Notes under the pieces: model-generated
Database searches by the model: none
The model's input: only the letters and a program-made list of their open reading frames with translations
Told to the model about the DNA's origin: nothing
Position numbers and translations under genes: made by a program
Shown: positions 10,201 through 19,865 of the stretch, piece by piece
How positions within the stretch are numbered: position 1 is the first letter of the stretch
Layout: the number at the start of each line of letters is the position of its first letter
Source of the DNA: Barthelona sp. PCE
Lineage: Eukaryota
Direction of reading: 5' to 3'
Assembly: GCA_040285745.1 (NCBI GenBank)
Contig: JAUFOR010000008.1
Location: forward strand, 310,001 to 374,000
DNA: 64,000 nt

Positions 10201-11388
10201 ATTATCATCTTTCATACTGTTGATATCAAGTTGTACATCAATGAAGTTTCCTTTAACAATATAATCGCGACCAAATCCATCATCCTTGCTCCACTCAACC
10301 ATTAAAACCACATCATCATCAAATATCACACGATACAAACAACTATGTTCATGCACCACTTTTGCAATTCTACCAGAGTAGCTATTATAATGCTGATAAT
10401 GGTGTTCATCGTCCGAGCAATACACAACCTTTGAGGTACAAAACACCAACATTGCATTATCAGGCAATGAGATTTTAAAAAATGAAGTGTCGGCGGTGAT
10501 GAACGTATTCTTGTGATACCATAAACTTCCTATTTCTGAATGTACGCAGACAAACCTATCCTCGGAAACCGTATAGTTAAAACAACATTCAGCAAAACGA
10601 ACTGGTATTTCAGAAATTTTTTTTCTATTCTCAACAAGAAATAAATGTGCTATGTTCACTTCTCTAATAACAAAGTGGCGGTTGTCTGGGGTTATACAAA
10701 TGGACTGAACATCATATTCTTCACTATAAAACAATTTCTTTCTTGGGTATCGACTGAATAAAACCACTTCTGTATTAGCAAAACACATAAAATAATCTTT
10801 GGTCACGCAACAATTCCTAACAGTGGTGTGTGGCGTCCTAAACATTTGATGTGAGCTTAAATTACCTGTTGATAACCAAAAATAATAGCCAATATCGTAA
10901 ACAATCCTCACTAAATTCATTTTCTCTCCTTCATAAACAATTCCCTTATCACAAACATATATTAGCTCTGTTTCTGTTCTATATTTCCAGGTATATATGC
11001 TACTATTTGATATTATTCCAACATAATCAGAATCAATGCCACAGCTAACACAATCTACCGCTAGATCGGTTGAAAAAGTCTCGCCTGTGATTAAATCAAC
11101 TACATTCAGCAGTCCCGAATCAACATAGACCAGTATATTACCAGAATTGTTCAGATACAAATAGTCACAATTGGTGACTGGTGCGTTATATATCATACCA
11201 TCACTGTCAATGGTTGGATGACACACAAAAAGGGTGCCTTCAGAATTACCGACTGCAAAAGTGCTCAAATCCCTCGAAAAACATCTTTTTGATCCCATTC
11301 TTTGGCAAGCAATTCTAGTCTCCTGTAATACATCATTGCTGATGGTGTTGAGAACCACCGCGTCTTCAGTCAATTGACTGATTAGCAT
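7231..11388 (-). CDS. Multidomain protein: beta-rich N-terminus, coiled coil, Ser/Thr kinase, HECT-like E3, C-terminal RING2/IBR-type zinc finger
   Basis: Kinase motifs LRDIKPKN, DFG, GTVGFMAPE, SDIFSVG. HECT-like LTFKEVKTILCG and LPSIALCDHTLRLP. Zinc finger CPNC..GCKSMACPTCNCEFCFSC. Start MLISQL chosen; upstream ATG at 11445 abuts the previous gene's stop. Confidence 0.8.
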   Translation of the reverse strand: MLISQLTEDAVVLNTISNDVLQETRIACQRMGSKRCFSRDLSTFAVGNSEGTLFVCHPTIDSDGMIYNAPVTNCDYLYLNNSGNILVYVDSGLLNVVDLITGETFSTDLAVDCVSCGIDSDYVGIISNSSIYTWKYRTETELIYVCDKGIVYEGEKMNLVRIVYDIGYYFWLSTGNLSSHQMFRTPHTTVRNCCVTKDYFMCFANTEVVLFSRYPRKKLFYSEEYDVQSICITPDNRHFVIREVNIAHLFLVENRKKISEIPVRFAECCFNYTVSEDRFVCVHSEIGSLWYHKNTFITADTSFFKISLPDNAMLVFCTSKVVYCSDDEHHYQHYNSYSGRIAKVVHEHSCLYRVIFDDDVVLMVEWSKDDGFGRDYIVKGNFIDVQLDINSMKDDNICLQKRYDLLRNDHEKLKSEHLKLKVEIEEMKLSMKQLVLAQNAQMKSRLTIALDAISRTVPNSGNVEYSELIQCTNRCYTDVCKLIVPCKDVAHLLGTYIEIKDMAGHIRELDEAIKFVRCMDNIVSDHGITESLTVLFNTRFEELATAFPLLDITVNEQKHASVLKKLKNVDRCFDFFFNTSLSVLLDARSVAAIMVDKYELIDDIDRFIVDILLKSADGEGCDFNLLYTIRDQVQRHIDDITSLKGDYFSCAKKELCMNYYEYLKELNGKICEYSLSVNLTSALTELQLSSIRFPFVPKIINFDHYMQGSLEDAGLFNCCEPNGDRFVKCICVSERFKGNRDANLKALRRELRILTKMDQCTVELKDVVLVPEMRDGSASVKFVCIELERAPYDLDQYLISFPGVDLVRKNSIAQQLVLCVFSMHAKGIMLRDIKPKNILVFCDENGFNPKVKLCDFGVSVDSSSTLSNSIVGTVGFMAPEVLRNENITFESDIFSVGMTLSTIFSDDQSLHCEIIQRCLAEDPMLRPSIYQLVSYQWSVRDGSSDRLGLIRKQTVQFVVTKQGQVRDSEGRVGEANIIQDEDECFYDFFTRVFKDTSTLIDATEYFGATIEIPNEEPLSLMQFTEYIFENRVLDHYSINLTSSLDFIRALCGFISCCLMFQAPVDDTQLSQFFLNALSNDFDKLMEPNVFARVFPNESAAILRMLRERNLNFNFFGGEDKLVASDNINEFFEFARLQFSNQWTNLSHVIHECFHSQLLLRELSVTLTFKEVKTILCGPPRFTAEHVLATLEFGDVVPNNVREAFTEVVQGFNSLDMLQFVYWLNSSPELHSFTVILQPDDTMLPSIALCDHTLRLPNNILRVREGLPLAIRGILPNEFKLLIVQRLSQWTQQDVDELNNRLKNAPLKTIVFNQIDNVPSVRVCPNCLTPTEHSHGCKSMACPTCNCEFCFSCLSLGHCGHFGQCSVASIQQITLEQVHDRMQRFQ

Positions 11389-11447
11389 AAAAACCTTGTA
11401 AGGGATAAAAATGTTACAACAAAAAAAATCAAAAAAAAACCACATTT

Positions 11448-13319
11448 TTACAATTCTGGAACTTCAAAAGCTACTTTTTCTCTCGTAGTTAGAATGATAT
11501 CTTCCTTAGTGATGGAAAGCTTACCGTTAATAGATAAATCGAAAGTATAAGCATAATACTTTCTTGTCCACCCAGAACCCTTCTTCCAAATTAAAAACTC
11601 TTTTGATTTAGGGAATAATCCAAAGCCTCCAATATTTTGATACATTTCAGGTAGATGCTCCCATTTAAAAATGATTGTTGGTTTTTCAACCATATCTAGT
11701 GAATAAACCACGTTGTCGTCCACTAAAAAGTGATAATCCGTCAGCCACACAGCCTTTTTACCTTCAATTTTATCATTACGAATGTTGAGCTGCAACAAAG
11801 TACGATTGAAATCAGCCACTCGAATATCACCATCAATCTTCAGCAAAACACGCGCGCCAAAACTCGTTGTATCAATTACTTCAATCTTAGCATCGTGTGT
11901 GCCCTTGCTTGCAGACTCACCTTGGCTCAGAAGAGGCAATGAAATGTTGTAAAAAACAGTTTCACCTTCCGAAACAAGATAAATAACTCCAGTTCCAATA
12001 AATCCTCCTTCAAAGTACGTATCATTACAGATCTTGTATTCGTTGACATAAACACCATCGTCGTGGACATGAAGATACTTCTCGTCATTAAAAACACCAA
12101 GATACAAAGGTCTTGTCATCTTATATTTCTCAGTAACCTCCTGTGAATGTACTAAGTCATACTTCACCTGATACATCCAACGCTCGTCAGTCCCCTCCTT
12201 CCTCATGACAAGGTGATATGCTTCATCAAAAGCTGAGTAAGAAATAAATTCAGCTTTCTTACTATCCTTATTAGTAATTCGATTGTCAACAATTGCAAAA
12301 AATTGTTCTTCATTAGAATTATAAATTGCATTAGCATCACAATACTTGATATTGTTGCCTTGGAATGTAAAACTGCTCTCATCAACTGATGCCATAACAC
12401 ATGTATAAGCATCTTCACTCATCATGACAGAAAGAGGTGTCAAGATCATGTAAGGTGCGTTTAAAATAATGTTGTCAGTGGAATAGCGGGTATGTTTGGG
12501 ACTACATGCTTCTTCTGCATTGCGGTAAGTTAAAGTTTTGGTTGTTGGTTCATAAGAATAAAAATTACTGCTGATAATGACCTCAAAAGCAAAGCGTCCT
12601 TCCTCTCCTGGGTGGTATGTGAGCAACAAAGCATTTGTATCCTTATATTTATGACCAATTGACTCTTTAAAAATTTTCTCAACCAGCTCAGCGGATTCAA
12701 AGATGGAAGTACGTTTTGTAGTCATGTCTATCAGCTTAAACTGCTTTTTAGGCATGTCCAATTTAAAAACCAAATTATTGATGTTTGCAAAACTTCCATA
12801 AATAATTTTTGCCTCTAGACTAACATCAATATCTTCTTCAACAACTGTTAAGACTAATTTATCTTCGGATGTGATCCGGTAGTTCATAAGTTTGATATCT
12901 TTGACGCCATCATGATTCTTAAGGAGCACAATGTTACGACAAAAACAAGTGTTGGAAGTATTTACCATAACACAATCTTCTTCAATTTGTTCAGATACTC
13001 TCGTTAACAAGTTACCATGGTATATAGAGCGCTTACCAGTTGAAGAATCCTTAACATTGTAAAGAATGTGGAACTCTGAAACAACCAGGTATCCTAAAAT
13101 TTCTAATGTTGGATGAGTAGAATCAAGCACGTTATAGTTGACATCGAACTCCGAGTCTTCGTCTTCGACCGAAGAAATGCTTAACATTGACCCATTATAA
13201 GAGGATGTAAAATAAAAGTTTGGATCAACACAAATACCCATGTCAATAACGTCTTGGTATTCTGGGTAAACGTGATTAGCCTCAAAAACGAGTCTTTTCG
13301 AACCCCAAACGCTAGTCAT
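11448..13319 (-). CDS. Hypothetical beta-strand-rich (propeller-like) protein, 623 aa
   Basis: Long ORF of short hydrophobic/aromatic strands; no recognised motif. Confidence 0.65.
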   Translation of the reverse strand: MTSVWGSKRLVFEANHVYPEYQDVIDMGICVDPNFYFTSSYNGSMLSISSVEDEDSEFDVNYNVLDSTHPTLEILGYLVVSEFHILYNVKDSSTGKRSIYHGNLLTRVSEQIEEDCVMVNTSNTCFCRNIVLLKNHDGVKDIKLMNYRITSEDKLVLTVVEEDIDVSLEAKIIYGSFANINNLVFKLDMPKKQFKLIDMTTKRTSIFESAELVEKIFKESIGHKYKDTNALLLTYHPGEEGRFAFEVIISSNFYSYEPTTKTLTYRNAEEACSPKHTRYSTDNIILNAPYMILTPLSVMMSEDAYTCVMASVDESSFTFQGNNIKYCDANAIYNSNEEQFFAIVDNRITNKDSKKAEFISYSAFDEAYHLVMRKEGTDERWMYQVKYDLVHSQEVTEKYKMTRPLYLGVFNDEKYLHVHDDGVYVNEYKICNDTYFEGGFIGTGVIYLVSEGETVFYNISLPLLSQGESASKGTHDAKIEVIDTTSFGARVLLKIDGDIRVADFNRTLLQLNIRNDKIEGKKAVWLTDYHFLVDDNVVYSLDMVEKPTIIFKWEHLPEMYQNIGGFGLFPKSKEFLIWKKGSGWTRKYYAYTFDLSINGKLSITKEDIILTTREKVAFEVPEL

Positions 13320-13456
13320 TGAAGAAAACGAAAGAAAAGCTTAAACGAGACTCAACAGCAACATACGTGCCATCGGAGATGCTTGCAGGTATAACACCAG
13401 AACAATAGTATAAAATCATTCAAATAACTTTTATTTAAAAAAACAAAATGGAGGCA

Positions 13457-16400
13457 CTACAAATCACACATTTGACTCTTCATTAACATTAGTTCCATGT
13501 TCAAGAGTGTCTTTGTCGCATCAGACAAAGATGCATCACACATTCGCGTTAATAAAAATTCAATTTTTGTTTTGAAAAACATTCGCTCATAAAGAGCTGC
13601 TTCACTGAAGAATCTAGCATCATATTTACCATCATTCTGAAGCGCCACCCAGCTCACGAAATCTAAATGAGCGTTAAGTTCCAGCTCCTTAATCATATGC
13701 TCAGTCGAAAAGTGAATGTGCTTATAAACATCTGCTGCGACAGGATCAATTAGTTCTAATCGCTGCATCTCGCTCATCTCCTCTCCCATCGTGAGTGCAT
13801 ACATCTCTCCTGGTGTTTTGTCAAACATATCGTAGGTTCTCCTAAAATAGTCAAAATCTAATGGAGTGTCAAAATGAACACTTTGCACGAAATCACTAAG
13901 CTGCTTTGAATCTATATGCTCGTTGATACAGCACACATGGCCGTGACGTAGCTGTTCATAATCACTGTTTGTGCCCTGAGGTTTTAGCTTACTCTCAAAG
14001 GTATTGAACATGTGTTTGTCATAGTCGTACGGAGCTGGATGATCACCAACACGCCATCCACCGGACTTCCAGTCATAGTGGTATGTGTGCTGTGGACATC
14101 CGCCGCTCCAGGCCAGTTTTGAAGAAAAGGTGTATGTGCTAGTGAAAATAGCCTGCTCAACAGTTTTTGTATCAATATAAGGGGTATTTCGCACCTGGCC
14201 AAGAACAGCTACATGTGACCGGGTTGCTATAGCAGGACCCTTCAATGCAACGTTTGAAGAAGACGCATGATGTATCACATTAGGGTGCTTTGTGGAAAGA
14301 TGTAGTTTCAGAGGCCAATGACCACTCGGTATCGCAACACATGACGGGCAGAAGGAGTGCCTGGTGAGTGGTACAGGGAAACACAAACTCAGTTGGTACA
14401 ACAAAACACCAATCGATTGGAATCCAGTGGGGCACATAGAAACACCAAAGTATGCCGTTAACCGCATGATGATATGTGTTATTCCGGCCTTAAAGACTCG
14501 TTTCTCACCACGTGTCAAAGACAAGTGGTTAATAGCACTCGACTTAAATAGTAGAAGTAGGTATCCTGCAATATCCAACTCACAAGGATCCAACATATCG
14601 CTCAATATCGTAAGCATGCGAACTGCTAACATAAATGTTTCCACAACGTCTTGCTTTGGTTGAACGGAAGGCAATGAGTTACTATGCGTATAAAAATGAT
14701 CAACAGCTAACTGTAACGGTGTTTTTTCCTCTATAGCGCTGAAATCCACGCTCATGAGACTAGGTATCGCGTCAGGCGTGAATACATGAGATGAAATCGT
14801 TCGCATGAAATTGTCAACGGCGCTTTTCAGTTCCAGAGAAGATTTTTTCTGCCTGGGAAGCAGGTGAAGCATCTGGCGCGCTCTCTGTGGATCGGAAACA
14901 GAAATGGAGCATACTTGAGACAGTATCATCATTGCCGAGTGTAAAAAGTAACCGTGCTTTGCGTAGTGCATCAGTAAATATAGATACGGTGGGGTGAGGG
15001 GAATGTCTCCCACCAGTTCAGGTAGGAACTCAGGCCGCAAAGAACAAAAGAACATAATGATATCTGGGTGCGTTTGAATTAAGCTAAAAAGAAACACACA
15101 CATTTCACTGAACTGATCTATAGCAATCATTTCTGCACGTTTAAGTGATATTGACATCGGATCAAAAGAATACAAACAATACTGAAGTGCTGCAAAGAAA
15201 ACTGTAACATTTCTCTTTCCAAATAAAATACCAGTGTTATTTGCCACCCGTACAGCAGCTCCGCAAAGGAATGAGACCAAAATATCATAAAAAGAAGAGA
15301 CTTCAGCATTTGTAATATGAATGTCACTTAATTGAACAACCTCCATGAGTCTTAAAAAGTCAAGCTTCATCACATTCATTTCCAGTGGCATGTCCACATT
15401 GGCCCACGTGTTGCGTGATATACAAGCCAACAAATTGGATAAGAGATAAACAATACTGTTACGATTAGAAACAATCAATGAAACATGTTTCTCCTCTCTC
15501 TCATCCAATAGTGATGCATGTGAGCTCAGGAAGCTCTTAAACGGGCTCGAGGGGCTGGGTTGATACGTTTGAATGAATTCTTCAGAGAGGTGATTCAAAA
15601 AGACAATTACATCAGAAATAAACGCAGTGTGCGACCCAACCGGATAGTCTCTCATTCTGGGTAGCAGGGAAGCAACGACAGACACAACAATGGTGTGTTC
15701 TGAGTCAGATAATACTTTAATAGCGTTGAAAATAACTTTTGCAGTATCAATATCAATAAACATATTTAATTTAATAATATATTGCACAAGAGCGCCTAGA
15801 GTGAAGACACGGCGTGAAACCAATAAATGTGATGGATTATCCATTAAATCAGATAGACATAAGCGAACATAAAAAAGTGCTTGACTGGTAGACACTGTTA
15901 TATCCAGCCTACGCATGTGTTCCAGCTTCGGCATCGATGCAAGACATATAGAAATGAGCGTCTCCTGCAAAGGACTCCATCCCATAAGCGGTTTGTTAGG
16001 GAAGGTATCGATTGTGACTACATCAAGTGAACTGAGCTGTTTTTTTGTCGGGGACTGGAAGTGTGAACGGACTTCACGTGACCTATTGTGCACATCTGGT
16101 GCTGAAATAAAATCACTCAATAATGAAGGTATACCGTACAAGACATTAGGTAAAATTGAAACGAGTGCCTGTGATAGTCCACATTTAACAACACATCGTT
16201 CAATTCTTGACGAGGAAACAGAGTGCAACCGTGTGAGAATGGAAGCAAGATGATGCCAGATGACTGCAAGACGAGATAGTGTTGAAAATGATTGTGAGTT
16301 AGCTGGAACGTACACTTCACCTTTAGCATTCATGAACGCAGGCCCCACTGTGCTGTCTGTCAATCTAGGATTGTCTAGATTCTTCTTCCTAATATCTTTT

Positions 16401-17266
16401 TCTGCAATTTTTGTGAAATTCATTTCAATGAAGCTTTCAGATAAATCAAGTACAGATACTATGACAAATGCGCGCAATACAGCAACAACAATTCCATCAG
16501 ACATGATTGCTTTAATGTCAGAAACGGTACATGATAGAACCAATTGAGTGTACAATCTCTGAGCACAAACAACAGCAAAATCAAGTGGATGGCAGTGGGA
16601 AGAACGTGCAATGCAATGCGTACCGTAAGCAAGCAACTCTATAACTGATTCATGAGGGAAATTTAGCATGCTAGATATTTGAAGCAGTGTTGTCAAAGAA
16701 AACTCTCCAACTGCCTCTGGGTTATGCTCTGTCACCACTGAACGTAAATTTATCAAGAGTTCATTATTTGTACAATTTAACAATTCACCATTTTGGTTCA
16801 ATATTGTTTTAAGGCTAATAAACGTAAAATATTCTCCTGAAAGATCTAGGCCAAGAAACTCGCTTGTCTGCTCGCCTATACGGGTTAACAATCTCTTATT
16901 TGCCTCAGCAATCTCCATATTCATCTCTTCCATACGTTTAACGAGATCTGAATGAAAACTTGGGGATACGTGATGGTGCAGGCTGGCAGTGCTTGACGTG
17001 TACGGGCTCAGAATCTTTGCTTTGTTAAAAAAATCTGATGGCACCTCTTCAAAAAAAGTATCTGACTCCATGGATCGTACAAACGATTCTTCTTCGCTTG
17101 TTACTGTATCAAACGAATCCGATAGGAAGCTCAGTGAGCGCTGAAGTTGCAGTCCTTCCGTCACGTTTGTGAGATTATGGGGAACAGAATCACATGGTTC
17201 TGATGCGTTCCTGGGGCCCTCCTTTTCTTTGTGTGGTTTAGATATCTCAAAATCTGGCCCTAGCAT
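13457..17266 (-). CDS. Large hypothetical protein, probable alpha-solenoid (ARM/HEAT-like) core
   Basis: 1269-aa ORF with Leu-rich amphipathic helices; family not recognised. Confidence 0.7.
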   Translation of the reverse strand: MLGPDFEISKPHKEKEGPRNASEPCDSVPHNLTNVTEGLQLQRSLSFLSDSFDTVTSEEESFVRSMESDTFFEEVPSDFFNKAKILSPYTSSTASLHHHVSPSFHSDLVKRMEEMNMEIAEANKRLLTRIGEQTSEFLGLDLSGEYFTFISLKTILNQNGELLNCTNNELLINLRSVVTEHNPEAVGEFSLTTLLQISSMLNFPHESVIELLAYGTHCIARSSHCHPLDFAVVCAQRLYTQLVLSCTVSDIKAIMSDGIVVAVLRAFVIVSVLDLSESFIEMNFTKIAEKDIRKKNLDNPRLTDSTVGPAFMNAKGEVYVPANSQSFSTLSRLAVIWHHLASILTRLHSVSSSRIERCVVKCGLSQALVSILPNVLYGIPSLLSDFISAPDVHNRSREVRSHFQSPTKKQLSSLDVVTIDTFPNKPLMGWSPLQETLISICLASMPKLEHMRRLDITVSTSQALFYVRLCLSDLMDNPSHLLVSRRVFTLGALVQYIIKLNMFIDIDTAKVIFNAIKVLSDSEHTIVVSVVASLLPRMRDYPVGSHTAFISDVIVFLNHLSEEFIQTYQPSPSSPFKSFLSSHASLLDEREEKHVSLIVSNRNSIVYLLSNLLACISRNTWANVDMPLEMNVMKLDFLRLMEVVQLSDIHITNAEVSSFYDILVSFLCGAAVRVANNTGILFGKRNVTVFFAALQYCLYSFDPMSISLKRAEMIAIDQFSEMCVFLFSLIQTHPDIIMFFCSLRPEFLPELVGDIPLTPPYLYLLMHYAKHGYFLHSAMMILSQVCSISVSDPQRARQMLHLLPRQKKSSLELKSAVDNFMRTISSHVFTPDAIPSLMSVDFSAIEEKTPLQLAVDHFYTHSNSLPSVQPKQDVVETFMLAVRMLTILSDMLDPCELDIAGYLLLLFKSSAINHLSLTRGEKRVFKAGITHIIMRLTAYFGVSMCPTGFQSIGVLLYQLSLCFPVPLTRHSFCPSCVAIPSGHWPLKLHLSTKHPNVIHHASSSNVALKGPAIATRSHVAVLGQVRNTPYIDTKTVEQAIFTSTYTFSSKLAWSGGCPQHTYHYDWKSGGWRVGDHPAPYDYDKHMFNTFESKLKPQGTNSDYEQLRHGHVCCINEHIDSKQLSDFVQSVHFDTPLDFDYFRRTYDMFDKTPGEMYALTMGEEMSEMQRLELIDPVAADVYKHIHFSTEHMIKELELNAHLDFVSWVALQNDGKYDARFFSEAALYERMFFKTKIEFLLTRMCDASLSDATKTLLNMELMLMKSQMCDL

Positions 17267-17461
17267 TTTGTTTTAAATCCTATTACAAACGCTAGCTGAG
17301 AAGGTAGTAAAACTGATAGCAGTTTACCATATGTTTCGCATTTTTTATCTCTGAAAAGTCTGTCATTCTTGTGTTTTCAGCTACAAAATAACAACAAAAA
17401 CTCTCTGTGAACGTATTGGATGTTTTTTAATTTTCATCCCGTTCCTTCACAGCTTTTGTGT

Positions 17462-17753
17462 ATGAATAGAAGGCTCAACTTTGCAAGTCCCGATAATTCG
17501 CCCCAAGACAAGCAAGTCAGCGTTAACGCTGATCATTTCTTCAAATACTACAATGAAAGGGAAATCATTGATCTCCTAAAAAACAAGCAAGATTATGTTG
17601 CAAAAATGCTCGATGAAATTATAACCCACATTCGTTAGTTCTTATTCAACGGGTACATACCCTTTTTTATTTTTTCATATACTTCCACGATAAGTTGAAC
17701 TTCAACACGATCAAAAAGTCATGTATGACAACGTTTCTCTGTCTTTGAGTTAA
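17462..17753 (+). CDS. Small protein, 58 aa if unspliced (stop 17638) or 76 aa if intron 17634-17694 is removed
   Basis: ATG preceded by TTTTCA/CCTTCA initiator-like motifs; protein-like composition. The candidate GT-AG intron contains the TAG and joins a second open frame. Confidence 0.45.
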
Positions 17754-17950
17754 ATTGTACAAATAATCTTCAGCATATTGAGTTTTTTATTCCATTAGCA
17801 AACAACATTAATATAATGTGTAAAACGTTTACTGCCCTGTAATCAATCACTAAACAAGAATGAAGCATGTCATACGAACGGTTCACTCATAAAGACTGAA
17901 ATAAATAAATTATCTACACAAATATGATCGAATAGCATATCTACAGTGAT

Positions 17951-18229
17951 CTAATCGCTAGGAAGGAACTGTTCTGGACATTCTGAAATTCCCACCACGT
18001 TATCTCCCTTAAGAAGTGTGGTACCAATATGCGTATGACTGTTGTTATTAATATCGTACAAATAACAATCACCGAGCGTGAGCGACATAAATTCGTCAAA
18101 ACCAATCAGCTTACCAATGAGTCGCGTCTTGTTAACAAGCAGAACTTGAACAAACTTTTCGCAGCGTACGAAATCTGTAACTAACTTAACAGGTCTGATA
18201 GCTTTATCCGAAGCCCCTACAGGTTCCAT
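17951..18229 (-). CDS. SNRPE: Spliceosomal Sm core protein E
   Basis: Sm1 motif GKLIGFDEFMSLTLGD and Sm2 motif IGTTLLKGDNV, closest to the SmE pattern (LSm5 not fully excluded). Confidence 0.8.
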   Translation of the reverse strand: MEPVGASDKAIRPVKLVTDFVRCEKFVQVLLVNKTRLIGKLIGFDEFMSLTLGDCYLYDINNNSHTHIGTTLLKGDNVVGISECPEQFLPSD

Positions 18230-18313
18230 TGCAATATGTGTTGAAAAAAGTGAAAAGGGTCGCAAAAAGAAAACAAGTTTACTACCAACACTATTGTAAT
18301 TGCTACACACTAT

Positions 18314-19576
18314 TTACTCATCATCTGAGCTTACATCCGATATTTCCGACTCTTCCTCGTCCTCTTGAGCCTCTACCTCTCCTCCTGCACGCACTATATC
18401 TCTTTCACGAACCTTCTCCGGATCAAAACTGACTTCCAAAATCTCAGCCACTCCTTTAACGCTTTTGGGGATATTTACGACCCTGTCGTGTTCTACAATC
18501 TCATCTTTGACACGAGGAATATCTAAACCAGCTTTTTGTAAAAGTTTCACTGCTTTTGCTCTAAAAAGTCGATATTCACTGATGGGTGCATCTCTTCTAT
18601 CATCAAACAGAGAGAAGACCTCGTTCCTTATACTCTGGAACTTCCGAACTTCTTCATTGGCCAGTTCCTCCATATCATCTCTATTATAATCGAAACCTGA
18701 GCTGGGATACAACTTTTTCCAAACCAACTTTTGGTCTCCGTTCAACTGACGCCCCTCAGACTTGTCTTTCATAATGTCTTCAAGTTGTGAATATACTGCA
18801 TCAACATTATCACTCATTTGCGATACTCGTTGAGACAATGGAACACTTGCAACCAAAGCAGTAAACCTAATCCTCTCATTCACACTCAATTCATCTGTAC
18901 TATACTCATTTTCTGCAACTTTATCCAACAAAATTAAATCATTTTCGATCGTATTGGAATAACGGAACCGATCTGGTCGAATTCGTTGCCATCTTTGACT
19001 GTAGCTGCTCAGTGACTTGGGGGAGAAAAATAGACCAATTTCCGTTACTGGTACACTTTCTCTAAACATTGTTCCATCAGAAAAAAAAACTTTCATTAAA
19101 GCTAACAGGCGAGCATCTTCTTCCATCGTAAATCCCAATCTGATGTCTAGCAACTCTCCTTCTGAGTTCACCATAATACATTTTAAAGTAGACATTCGTG
19201 TTCGACATGCCTGAACAGGTCTTTGCATTTCATGCGAAATGACTCGAAATTTTGATCCATGCTCGCTGTGTAGATCCCACAGTTTCTTGTCCTCCTGGGG
19301 CGTCCATTTTCGACCCAGCGCTCCTTTGTACTGTGCGTATCTGGACCGAATAAATCTATGTAGTTGAAACGGTGATCTACTTGGTAATCTTTCACATATC
19401 AGTGTGAACAGCTTGCTTGATGTTGGTGTGGACTTCTCATTGCATAAATTAAAGCGATCTTCTTCTGTAAAACCCAAATGAGTTAATGCCTCGACAAAAG
19501 TTGACTCAACCGCATCTATTTCAGCTGGAGTAAATCTCCCGCTAACTGTGTGATCGTTGTCCCACTGTTTTGTCAT
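18314..19576 (-). CDS. Myb-repeat protein, Reb1/TTF1/DMTF1-like
   Basis: GRFTPAEI, KWTPQEDKKLWDLHSEHGSKFRVISHEMQR and FTMEEDARLL Myb repeats; acidic tail. Confidence 0.75.
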   Translation of the reverse strand: MTKQWDNDHTVSGRFTPAEIDAVESTFVEALTHLGFTEEDRFNLCNEKSTPTSSKLFTLICERLPSRSPFQLHRFIRSRYAQYKGALGRKWTPQEDKKLWDLHSEHGSKFRVISHEMQRPVQACRTRMSTLKCIMVNSEGELLDIRLGFTMEEDARLLALMKVFFSDGTMFRESVPVTEIGLFFSPKSLSSYSQRWQRIRPDRFRYSNTIENDLILLDKVAENEYSTDELSVNERIRFTALVASVPLSQRVSQMSDNVDAVYSQLEDIMKDKSEGRQLNGDQKLVWKKLYPSSGFDYNRDDMEELANEEVRKFQSIRNEVFSLFDDRRDAPISEYRLFRAKAVKLLQKAGLDIPRVKDEIVEHDRVVNIPKSVKGVAEILEVSFDPEKVRERDIVRAGGEVEAQEDEEESEISDVSSDDE

Positions 19577-19587
19577 CAAAAAGACTG

Positions 19588-19596
19588 TGAAATGGG
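19588..19596 (-). promoter_or_regulatory. Initiator-like motif CCCATTTCA
   Basis: 11 nt before the Myb ATG; exact copies precede three other genes. Confidence 0.6.
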
Positions 19597-19670
19597 GTGT
19601 AAAAAGTATAATACTATATGAAAAGAAATTTATTGAATATTCTTGCTAAACAAAGCTTTAATATGTGCGA

Positions 19671-19679
19671 TAAGCCACA
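19671..19679 (-). promoter_or_regulatory. Candidate upstream element TGTGGCTTA
   Basis: 95 nt upstream of the Myb ATG. Confidence 0.4.
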
Positions 19680-19865
19680 TATATCCACAAAAACTGCTAA
19701 AAATTGAAAGAAAAGAATGAACCATAGGAATCTTTTCTATTCAAGCCAACTACACGACTATCTGCTTAACTTGGATCATCAATCCAAGAATATAACAACC
19801 CAAGACGTGCAGGAAACTGCAGATTTCTGTAACGCCATGTTATTCTATTTCTCTTCAATTTCTAC

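Noticed and set aside
13457-14100. HECT-like remnant at the C-terminus of the 1269-aa protein (LELIDPVAADVY)
   Set aside because: A single short resemblance; no C-lobe or catalytic Cys motif.
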